Virus record (IMG/VR): IMGVR_UViG_3300022178_004177
Coordinates: 1-38,479 of that record
Length of the DNA: 38,479 nucleotides
Strand: one strand, 5' to 3'
Origin: a virus
Taxonomy: Duplodnaviria > Caudoviricetes
Every line of letters starts with the position of its first letter. Positions within the stretch are counted from its first letter, which is position 1. A model generated the notes under the pieces. That model saw nothing but the letters and a program-made list of their open reading frames with translations. It ran no database searches and was not told where the DNA came from. This document shows positions 19,172-27,102 of this stretch, piece by piece. The position numbers and the translations under genes were made by a program.

Positions 19172-22100
19172 TTGCGCCTCCTTGGGCCACGAATCCGATA
19201 CCGAATAATAGCCCTTTGTATTTCGAGCTGATTATTTCTAGTCCTACCACTAAGTATTTCATACCGGATTCTTCGACCTCTTTTTCTCATTGAGTAGCTG
19301 AGGTCAGGAACCAATGAACTACTGGCGTACTCACTTGCTCCTCTTGAATAAGTGGGGGTGGACTCTTCATCAAACCATACACGGAAAACCGTGTCGTCGG
19401 ATGTCGGTACAACGTCTTGATCTGGAATAAAGGTCCACCCCGAAAACAGATAGTCGAATCCCACACCTTGAGGAGAGAACCAATGAGGGAGATATCGACG
19501 AAACTGAGTCCCCACGATAATCGTGGCATGAGTTCCGGAGGAGGTCAGAGGGTGCCCCAGGTAAAGACTCGTAGAGCCACCTGAAACTTTTACCCCTCTG
19601 ACAAACGTGTATAACCGAGGGTTGTCCCATATGGGATCAGTTGTTTCGGTATACGTTGCGCTACTATGAAACACCACCATTGCCGGCATTCCTATTACAG
19701 AACTATCCCATCCAAAAGTGCTAGTAAAACCGACACATTTTGAACTACTGGTGATATATTCTGCGGCAGCGTAAGTGTTGGAAAAGTCTGTCTGTCCTGA
19801 GCCTGCGTCACTTTCTCTATTGTCAAAGCTGGATTCAATCTCGTAGACATGACCTCTTGAACCTATAAGTGGTCTTTGCTGTCCTAAGCCTGAAGAATCC
19901 TGCCCTGAATCGATTACGTCGTGCGGCATCTCCCATTTACTCCACCTGCCTATGTTGTAATCAAATGTCAGAATAAGGTTTCTAGCACCTTCCCCACTGG
20001 GAGGTATTGATAACCAAATTCTTTGGTCTGGAGCATCGTGAGTCATTTGAGCATTTGATACCTGAGCTTCTGTCAAGCTTTCCAAGGTTCCCAGTATTGA
20101 CTGAGAACTAACGTCGTTGACTTCAAACCCATCGGTAACATACACGACACGATCAGGAGATAAGAAGAACAAGGAGTTTCCAGCAACGGCTGCCGCTTTT
20201 GGATTTACGCAACCTTTGCCGACATGGACATTTGCGGGTTGCTCTCCTGAAGCTGCAGCATCGTCACGAGCTGTCCAAATAGACCTTTGTTTTAAAATAA
20301 CTATTCTTCCAAACAGTGGCCGTATAACCATGACTCTATCGGAGTTGTCGTTATTCAAAGTCCAAACATTTAAGGGAGGAGCAGACTGTGGGAGCAGGGT
20401 CTTACTGTAATAGACATATCCCGGATTTGTCCCTGCGCCTCCAAAGTGCATCACCCGACCGCCGATGGCTGAAGTGCTGAAGTCGCCCGGTGGGTAGTTA
20501 TCGATACTCTCGGTCTGCTGCAGGAGAAGATCGGTCTCTCTGAGCTGACTAATGACAGTCAAAGGCGGCGACCCACTCAGGACATTTTGCCAGTAAGTTG
20601 GTCTTGGTATTCTTTGTTCAAGGTAATAAGTGTTAGATCCTTGGGCTTGTCGATACACCATTAGGAAGTCCCAATCGGTGTTTACTTTAGATATGATACC
20701 AACGCCCAGAGTCAGGGTATCATGACTAGCCGAAGTTGCAGCTGCCTCCCCTTCTGGATTCAAGTTGGACTCGTCGCCAGTTAGCGAGTTGTACAGAGAA
20801 AACTTGTACCGATACGTTGTACTGGCTACCAGCTCTCCGCCTTCGTCGCTGCTGGTTTCAGTAATGATACCAACTAGTGGACGTTGCAATCCAACTGTGT
20901 CGGTTCCTCCTGGATAAACCTTGAACGGTCGCATCTTGTTTCCGCTAACAATCAGCCTGTCATTATATTGGACAACTGAGGTTGCGTTTGCTGCCCCATA
21001 CATTGGAGCAACATAGAACTGCCCAGTTCCTGCAGATATATCTCTAACGTACACACCACCGGGCATAATCACAGCGGACTGCAGAGTCTGCTCCATACCC
21101 GCTTGTATGTTAAAATCATGTACACCTAAAACAGAAGCCTGCTTCGGTCCAGTCATGTTTCCAATGCCGGCGTAGTACCTTCTGCCTTGCACGTTTGGAA
21201 ACAAAGCATAGACGTAATCATTGCGGGAATCCCTCCACCGCTGCACTCCCGAATACGTGCCTACGGTTGTCGTCGCAACGTCCATTGTTCCATCTAGAGA
21301 AACCGCTAAACCGTTTGGGTACACCTTAGTTCCTGGAGTAACGTCGATAGCTACTACTTCGGCTGAGTTGCTGGGGAACGTAGTCAGTCCGCTGTAACCC
21401 CGAACGTCTGTCAAGGTAAAGGAAATGGTTCTGTCGTCGCCGTCGTACCCACCAAGATTTGCATCAAGAGTTTGAACGTTGTGAATATACGCATTGGTCT
21501 GATCAGTGCTGACCTGTGAATACGTCGAGCCTCCGTCAGTTGACACAAAAGCTCGAAGCGTTGATGCAGTACCAGAGCCGTATGTTGCAGGAGTAGTCTG
21601 CAGGAAAAAAGCTAACCGAACTCCAGAACCATATGAGATATCAGAGGTGGTCAAAGTCAACGGAGTTGAAACTACCCCCACTGCAGCACGGTCGTCGAAC
21701 ATACTGATTGACACTCGCAGCTTGTACTGAGTGTTTGGATCGGTTCCAGCGTTAACCGTCACAACCATGTTATTGTCGTCGTCTGTCATAACCCAAGGAG
21801 GAAAAGTGTAATCTTCATCGCCAGCCGGCGGAGCATTAACCGTTACTCCAAATATCCAACCCCAGTTTTTAACGCCTTCTAAACTAGTGTTTATTGCGGT
21901 TATGTATCCTGTATTGCCAGGTGGGAACACAACATTATTGCCAGACTTGTAGGTCATGGCAGGGTATATCACCATCTCGCCAGCGCCGGTATTAGTATAG
22001 GAGTTATTGCCCAAAGCTGACCACTTATACTCGGACCCTTCTGGCTGACTCAAGAAATAGACCCGAGTGGGTATGTCTCCTTCAGCATAAGAAAACCAAC

Positions 22101-22917
22101 GAGTTTCTGGATCTGTGTTTACCGTGTCAGTTTTGTGTATTTCAACTTGTCCGATATAGCCGTCAAAGTTGTGCTTGTAATATTCACTAGCCCCCCCGTA
22201 AAGGAAAGCCCCTATCGTCATGTAGTAACTTGCACTCGTGTCTATATAGACGTGCTGACTTGTTAAACTTCCACTAGTTGTAGCTGTAGTCGAGCTGCTA
22301 CCATTTAAATAATAGCGAAAAGTACTAGTAGTGTCGTCGGGAGTCCACACCCACTCGAGGCACACGTCGTCAGTTTCAGAAATAGATAATACGCTACTAG
22401 TTTGAAAGAAGTTGGATTCTGCACCAGAGTCGTTTTCTAACCTAGCGTCTATGCGGAACCGAAATGTTCCAACGCCGTACTGCTCTAATGACAACGCCCA
22501 ACCAGACGTTTGTCCTGAAGTGTTATGAAAATCAGTTGACGCACCTGTTGATCCACAAATATGCCAATAGATGCTACTGCCGCTATAAACTTTCTCTTCT
22601 TGTAGTCGATTGAGATTTATTCCCGAGAGATATGCTCGGACGACAAACCCGGTGTTGGCTGCAGCGGACAGAGCATTCAGAGAAAAAACGTCTGCTGCAT
22701 AGCTGGATTTAACCGCTACCTTTTTACCGTCGTGGTAAGTGGCTTGAGCTGGCAGTGCGTCAGCCCACACTCGAGTTGTCGGTCCACGGCCTCGGATACT
22801 TTGACGACGGAAGTCAATATTAACCGTGTCGTCTGCCCCCCAAGCTGGAGCGCCTGTACCCTGTCGTGTGTTGTATAGCCCCTGAAATACCTTTTGCTCT
22901 CGCTCTTGGTATCCCAT
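19168..22917 (-). CDS. Tail nozzle / stabilisation protein (P22 gp10 / T7 gp12-like) with inserted lectin-like region
   Basis: N-terminal FQGL...NIDF...IRGRG. Propeller-like blades in the C-half (YVYYSK, FGRIVILKQRSIW, GKGCV...AVAGNSLFFLS). LamG-like MTIGA...NFDGYIGQVEI in the N-half. Confidence 0.65.
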   Translation of the reverse strand: MGYQEREQKVFQGLYNTRQGTGAPAWGADDTVNIDFRRQSIRGRGPTTRVWADALPAQATYHDGKKVAVKSSYAADVFSLNALSAAANTGFVVRAYLSGINLNRLQEEKVYSGSSIYWHICGSTGASTDFHNTSGQTSGWALSLEQYGVGTFRFRIDARLENDSGAESNFFQTSSVLSISETDDVCLEWVWTPDDTTSTFRYYLNGSSSTTATTSGSLTSQHVYIDTSASYYMTIGAFLYGGASEYYKHNFDGYIGQVEIHKTDTVNTDPETRWFSYAEGDIPTRVYFLSQPEGSEYKWSALGNNSYTNTGAGEMVIYPAMTYKSGNNVVFPPGNTGYITAINTSLEGVKNWGWIFGVTVNAPPAGDEDYTFPPWVMTDDDNNMVVTVNAGTDPNTQYKLRVSISMFDDRAAVGVVSTPLTLTTSDISYGSGVRLAFFLQTTPATYGSGTASTLRAFVSTDGGSTYSQVSTDQTNAYIHNVQTLDANLGGYDGDDRTISFTLTDVRGYSGLTTFPSNSAEVVAIDVTPGTKVYPNGLAVSLDGTMDVATTTVGTYSGVQRWRDSRNDYVYALFPNVQGRRYYAGIGNMTGPKQASVLGVHDFNIQAGMEQTLQSAVIMPGGVYVRDISAGTGQFYVAPMYGAANATSVVQYNDRLIVSGNKMRPFKVYPGGTDTVGLQRPLVGIITETSSDEGGELVASTTYRYKFSLYNSLTGDESNLNPEGEAAATSASHDTLTLGVGIISKVNTDWDFLMVYRQAQGSNTYYLEQRIPRPTYWQNVLSGSPPLTVISQLRETDLLLQQTESIDNYPPGDFSTSAIGGRVMHFGGAGTNPGYVYYSKTLLPQSAPPLNVWTLNNDNSDRVMVIRPLFGRIVILKQRSIWTARDDAAASGEQPANVHVGKGCVNPKAAAVAGNSLFFLSPDRVVYVTDGFEVNDVSSQSILGTLESLTEAQVSNAQMTHDAPDQRIWLSIPPSGEGARNLILTFDYNIGRWSKWEMPHDVIDSGQDSSGLGQQRPLIGSRGHVYEIESSFDNRESDAGSGQTDFSNTYAAAEYITSSSKCVGFTSTFGWDSSVIGMPAMVVFHSSATYTETTDPIWDNPRLYTFVRGVKVSGGSTSLYLGHPLTSSGTHATIIVGTQFRRYLPHWFSPQGVGFDYLFSGWTFIPDQDVVPTSDDTVFRVWFDEESTPTYSRGASEYASSSLVPDLSYSMRKRGRRIRYEILSGRTRNNQLEIQRAIIRYRIRGPRRRK

Positions 22918-22919
22918 GA

Positions 22920-23300
22920 CTAACCTATGATTCTGTGTTGCGGATTTATAGCTGGAGATCCCACACTTGAACCAGGAAAAACCACCGCATTGTGTGTTCC
23001 GGTGGCTCCTTCGTAGACTCGATCTAACGTGTATGAGCTGTTTGTAGAAACGCTTGTTATCCTGTAAGCTTTTAAATCTTCGTTACTGACAATGATTTTC
23101 TCATCATGGGAAGATGCAGCCGAGCCGTATGTGACGGTTGCAGATCCATTAATAAAACCCATCGCCGTATTAGAAACATTTGTAGACACTTCGTGCCCCT
23201 GAGCTTCCAGCGCTGTGCTTGGCGCACCAGTTGCAAAGGTAAACATTTTGTTTGTGCCGCCCGTTTTAAAAACTTTAGCGCTTGAAAAATCGTAGGCCAT
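22920..23300 (-). CDS. Small tail-associated beta protein
   Basis: YRITSVSTNSSYTLDRVYEGATG resembles fibre-attachment modules; lies between adaptor and nozzle. Confidence 0.45.
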   Translation of the reverse strand: MAYDFSSAKVFKTGGTNKMFTFATGAPSTALEAQGHEVSTNVSNTAMGFINGSATVTYGSAASSHDEKIIVSNEDLKAYRITSVSTNSSYTLDRVYEGATGTHNAVVFPGSSVGSPAINPQHRIIG

Positions 23301-24223
23301 TATGTGCTGTCCGAGGTGTAGCCGGTAATTCGGTCAGTAGGTAAGTATCGATTCCTGCCAACAAAACGACTTCTGTCACTTCGCAAGAATCTAATCGCCC
23401 CAGCGTCTGCTCTAGAAAAGTTTCTCATTCGAGATATTCCCGCAAGGAACTCACCTTGAGCTGAGGCCTTTACGCCTTCATTCTCAAATTCAAACTCAAA
23501 AGCTTTGTATTTAGCCCCTGCCACAATCACCGGGTGGAAACGCTCTTGTATGCCAGTCACTACTTCAAGCTCGTCAGAGTCGGCAGTAGGGAGCTGTACA
23601 CGTCTCCAATATTCAACTTGGTATACTCGCTTCTCATTGGGAGGAGGGTACAGCACTAGCTGTATATTGCCGGAGGAATCGACACCTCTAGCCCACCACT
23701 CGTAAGGAAAAGCCCCAAGTGTTAAAAAGGGATCGGGAAATAGCCTGCGACATTGGTTCCCGGATCGACCAGATAAAACTCTGGGATACGCCATATCTAT
23801 AACGTCGATTACAGTTTCAACGTCAGAAGGCAGCGGGATAGTTTCCTGGATTATATGAACAGAGTCACCCACAACTGGAGTTGTGATTAAATCAGGAGAA
23901 ACCGTAAGTTTATTATTAGCAGAAACCCAGCTTACAATGTCGTAAACATTGCCGCCAATTTTAACTAAGCCGCCGTCGTACCCATTAACATGAGTGGCAA
24001 CTGTATGGATATGGTCTGCACCAATCGAGTGCGATCCGCTAACCGTAGTCTCGACATCATCAAGAACGGAAAATGTAGAGGCTTTTCTATCCCAAGGCCA
24101 GCGTCCTGCAGCATGGATATCTCGAAGAGCGTCGGTAACAAAGGTTCCGAGCTGAGAAGTTAACTCGTTACTTCCGGCTCCTATTGCGTCTTGCACTCTT
24201 GTCTTTGCTTCCCCGAAGTTCAC
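23300..24223 (-). CDS. Head-tail adaptor (P22 gp4 / T7 gp11-like)
   Basis: GTG after GGAGGAG. MNFGEAKTRVQ N-helix, ALRDI...WPW, LVLYPPP...YQVEYWR, ERFHPVIVAGA motifs typical of podovirus adaptors. Confidence 0.65.
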   Translation of the reverse strand: MNFGEAKTRVQDAIGAGSNELTSQLGTFVTDALRDIHAAGRWPWDRKASTFSVLDDVETTVSGSHSIGADHIHTVATHVNGYDGGLVKIGGNVYDIVSWVSANNKLTVSPDLITTPVVGDSVHIIQETIPLPSDVETVIDVIDMAYPRVLSGRSGNQCRRLFPDPFLTLGAFPYEWWARGVDSSGNIQLVLYPPPNEKRVYQVEYWRRVQLPTADSDELEVVTGIQERFHPVIVAGAKYKAFEFEFENEGVKASAQGEFLAGISRMRNFSRADAGAIRFLRSDRSRFVGRNRYLPTDRITGYTSDST

Positions 24224-24404
24224 TTTTCTTCTCCTCCGCCAAAGTCACTGTTAGATTACATTGGGTAATCTTTCCAGCTCCTGCAGCTTGAACAGTTTTA
24301 GATTGTGGTTCGGATCGCAAAAGAGTTTCATCTGGTCGCCCACGCAAAAGCGAAAGCTTGTACTGCTGTTGACGATCCAGGGATTCCTTACTTGCGTTGT
24401 CCAT
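24168..24404 (-). CDS. Hypothetical basic protein (78 aa, MDNASKES...)
   Basis: ATG at 24404 with SD GAGGAG just after the hairpin; more likely than the longer 24527 start in the track. Confidence 0.5.
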   Translation of the reverse strand: MDNASKESLDRQQQYKLSLLRGRPDETLLRSEPQSKTVQAAGAGKITQCNLTVTLAEEKKSELRGSKDKSARRNRSRK

Positions 24405-24420
24405 GCTTCTCCTCAACTTA

Positions 24421-24453
24421 TTAGAAGGGGCATCTAGACCTTCCAGATGCCCC
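24421..24453 (-). terminator. Hairpin, probable (leaky) intrinsic terminator after the capsid/decoration genes
   Basis: Minus strand GGGGCATCTGGA-AGG-TCTAGATGCCCC (12-bp stem with one G-U pair) followed by TTCTAAT. Confidence 0.65.
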
Positions 24454-24474
24454 CCCCAAAACCGCACACAAAAA

Positions 24475-25002
24475 TCAGACGAAGGTGCCGAACTCGCAAG
24501 CGATGCCCAACTGATTCCGGTTACCAAGCATAAAGATTTTACGCTTGTCTCCCGCAGTCGTTGCTCCAGAATCTCCTACTTGGAAAGCTACGGTGTAGGT
24601 ATCCGTTGCAGCAGCGATTTCCGCAAGGCTACCATCTACAGTGAGGTCAACACCATACGCAGTCAAATGTGGGTCGGTAATTGTCTCAACACACTTTGCC
24701 AAGCAAGGACCGTACACACGCACGGTTCCCCACTCGCTAGGCTTGATTTCGGCCAAAGCGCAACCCAACGCCGCAGCGTTACCAGCACTGCTAGAGCTAG
24801 CAGCTGCTTGGATTGGAATCACCGTCGTCGTACCTTCAGCCTCAAGCGGACCACGAGTGGTAGCATAAGGATCAATAGTAGACTTCAGCTCAACCGGAGC
24901 ATCAGCAGCCTGGACAATCATACCCGCTTCAATCGTGGCAGCAGTGCTGTTGTAGAACGGCTGATCGATTACCGGGTAAGGGTAAATAGTTCCTGTACTC
25001 AT
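24475..25002 (-). CDS. Capsid decoration/cement protein
   Basis: 175 aa, Ala-rich, directly after the MCP; LGCALAEI...EWGTVRVYG pattern. Confidence 0.55.
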   Translation of the reverse strand: MSTGTIYPYPVIDQPFYNSTAATIEAGMIVQAADAPVELKSTIDPYATTRGPLEAEGTTTVIPIQAAASSSSAGNAAALGCALAEIKPSEWGTVRVYGPCLAKCVETITDPHLTAYGVDLTVDGSLAEIAAATDTYTVAFQVGDSGATTAGDKRKIFMLGNRNQLGIACEFGTFV

Positions 25003-25012
25003 TTTATCCCCC

Positions 25013-26059
25013 TTAGCCTACGGCATTTACGAGAAGACCCTGACGGGCACGGTTGGAACAAGTGAGTTCACCTTTCCAGAAGATCCGGCTGAAGCGTGCC
25101 CACTGGCGCTCGGCTTCACGGAACTCTGTCGGTGTCATGTCAACGTCCGGATGGACATCTAGCTCTAGATAGTTGGAGTTCAAAAAGAACATACAACCAG
25201 CAGGAACGTCTCGATCAAACATGATAGTAGTCGCACGGTACATGAGACTCTCGAAGCCTGCATCCGCCGCCATAGTGTTAACGTAGCGCTTTTGATCCAC
25301 AAGAGTGGAGTCGTAGCTTTCGTAACTTGCTTGACTGCTGAGAATGAGGTCCGGAGTGTCCTGTCCACGAGAACAGTCAAGGTACAGCGAACGCATTTTG
25401 TCGACACCATTGGTGGCAAAAGCTGTCTCTGCAGCGCCGCAGTCGTCGAACTTGTTCACCCACCAGTCGTAAGTGCCGCCAGAGATACCACCATAGGCAC
25501 GGCCTTGAGTAGCATTTTGGCAAACATCAAACAGTCCGGTAGTACGCAAAGAGTCCGGCGTTGCAGTACCAAGAACCGCAGCTCCATTAGTTGCTGCAGC
25601 AGTGTTTGCTGTGTAAGGGCCAGCGTACCCGTTGTTAATCAGGTCGCTGTTGATTTGTTCTTTAAAAGATATCTCCGCCTGTTTTACCTTGGCTTCGATC
25701 AGGGAAATGATACGGGACTCTCCCATGTTGTCGGTCTCGCTGTCACGGGAAATCACTACCGGCGCTTGATACTTCTTGTACAAGAAGGTCGCAGGAGCAA
25801 CACCCTCAGTCGGTTCCGTCAGGAGGTCGTCGTATCCCGAAAACGGCTGTACCGTCGAGCCGGCGTACATCAAGGGAATCTCGATGCTTTGTCCGCCGGC
25901 AATCAGGCGCTTACGTCCATTGCTGGTCAACCACCAAAGAAGAGGAGTCGCATCACTAAAGTTATCGACTAGTCTTTTTTGGAAGTTCTGCAACGTGGTC
26001 GTCAGCAGAGCCGAGTAAGTGCTGGGGTTAGTTCCCAGGCTCGGGTCAATGAGTGGCAT
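25013..26059 (-). CDS. Major capsid protein (HK97 fold)
   Basis: 348 aa after the scaffold. LVDNFSDATPLL...GGQSIEIPLMY...FSGYD, PDLILSSQ, GFESLMY, MFFLNSNYL, GELTCSNRARQG match a common phage MCP family. Confidence 0.85.
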   Translation of the reverse strand: MPLIDPSLGTNPSTYSALLTTTLQNFQKRLVDNFSDATPLLWWLTSNGRKRLIAGGQSIEIPLMYAGSTVQPFSGYDDLLTEPTEGVAPATFLYKKYQAPVVISRDSETDNMGESRIISLIEAKVKQAEISFKEQINSDLINNGYAGPYTANTAAATNGAAVLGTATPDSLRTTGLFDVCQNATQGRAYGGISGGTYDWWVNKFDDCGAAETAFATNGVDKMRSLYLDCSRGQDTPDLILSSQASYESYDSTLVDQKRYVNTMAADAGFESLMYRATTIMFDRDVPAGCMFFLNSNYLELDVHPDVDMTPTEFREAERQWARFSRIFWKGELTCSNRARQGLLVNAVG

Positions 26060-26076
26060 TGCCTACTCGCTTTCGA

Positions 26077-26925
26077 TTACGATGATTGAAAACTTACAGG
26101 CCCGTCAATACCAAGCTGCTCTTTAGCTTGCGCAAAAGCATCATGAAGTGACTGGGCTGGGGCTTCTGCCGGAGTGCTAATTGAAGCAGCTCCAACAGGC
26201 GGAGGAGGAGACACAGGAGTAGTTGCCTCGTTCTCTCCAGAAAAATCGGTATGTACCTGTCCTGTCTCTACTCCAGACTGCGACTCAACTATTTCGCCTG
26301 AGTCGGCTTTACCCTTAGCAACTAAAAACAAATGCTCAAGATTTGCAGTCGGCAGTTCTTGTTTAATGGCGTGCATCATCGGCAAATACGCCTGGTATTC
26401 AGGGTACTTTGCTTCAAACGACTGCATTTCTGCGTATGCACGAGCTTGTTGCTGTTGTTGCTCCATGGCCTTGACTCTTAACTCAAGGTCATTAGGGACG
26501 GCTGAACCAGAAGAGCTATTTTGAGGCAGCTCCTCCTCGAACCCATTTAGGTCACTCTCGGGTGGCGGAGTATTATTGCCTTGAGGCGTTCCAGACTTCT
26601 CTCGGTAAAACGTCGAGAGAGATCCTTTCTGTCTCGCTTGCAAGTACTCGTTAAACTCTGAGTCCTTCATTAGTTCTTTCAGAACTCCAGACATTTGGAC
26701 ATCTCGCTGCAGTTGGCCCTGTTGTTGAGACAACTTTTGACGAGTTTCCGTAATGTATTTGTTCTGAGATGCGAGATGTTCTTTTACAACTTCTTGCTGT
26801 TGGGGCGGCAATACTGCCAAAGCCTGATTTACAGCTGGTGTAATTCCACCTCTCTGCAACCCTTCTGCAGTTGAGTCCGAGGTTTTACCCGGTTGTTCTA
26901 CGGCTTCTGTGTTGTTCTGATTCAC
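26077..26925 (-). CDS. Capsid scaffolding protein
   Basis: Acidic, Gln-rich coiled coil with Pro-rich tail and terminal helix (SLHDAFAQAKEQLG), directly upstream of the MCP. Likely GTG start at 26925 after AAGGA (the track gives 26943). Confidence 0.65.
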   Translation of the reverse strand: MNQNNTEAVEQPGKTSDSTAEGLQRGGITPAVNQALAVLPPQQQEVVKEHLASQNKYITETRQKLSQQQGQLQRDVQMSGVLKELMKDSEFNEYLQARQKGSLSTFYREKSGTPQGNNTPPPESDLNGFEEELPQNSSSGSAVPNDLELRVKAMEQQQQQARAYAEMQSFEAKYPEYQAYLPMMHAIKQELPTANLEHLFLVAKGKADSGEIVESQSGVETGQVHTDFSGENEATTPVSPPPPVGAASISTPAEAPAQSLHDAFAQAKEQLGIDGPVSFQSS

Positions 26926-27006
26926 GAACAGTTCCTTTCTCATGATTGTCTATGACAGATTATGTACAAGAAAACAAGCACCTACTAAACTTACAAGTGT
27001 TGTGTG

Positions 27007-27102
27007 TTATCCCTGATCTCCTCCAGAAAGAAGATCGACAAGGACACGTTCTAAATATTTTTGAATGCCTTCTAGCTCTAGGTAAACGGTTGTCCAACTC
27101 AT
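27007..27102 (-). CDS. 31-aa small ORF (not in the ORF track)
   Basis: MSWTTVYLELEGIQKYLERVLVDLLSGGDQG*. ATGA overlap with the upstream stop and AGGAGG about 9 nt upstream. Confidence 0.55.
   Translation of the reverse strand: MSWTTVYLELEGIQKYLERVLVDLLSGGDQG

Noticed and set aside
24405-24527. Longer N-terminus for the 24168 ORF, or capsid-decoration frameshift extension
   Set aside because: It crosses the hairpin, and a strong SD plus ATG lies at 24404. The G8 run is downstream of the decoration gene stop.
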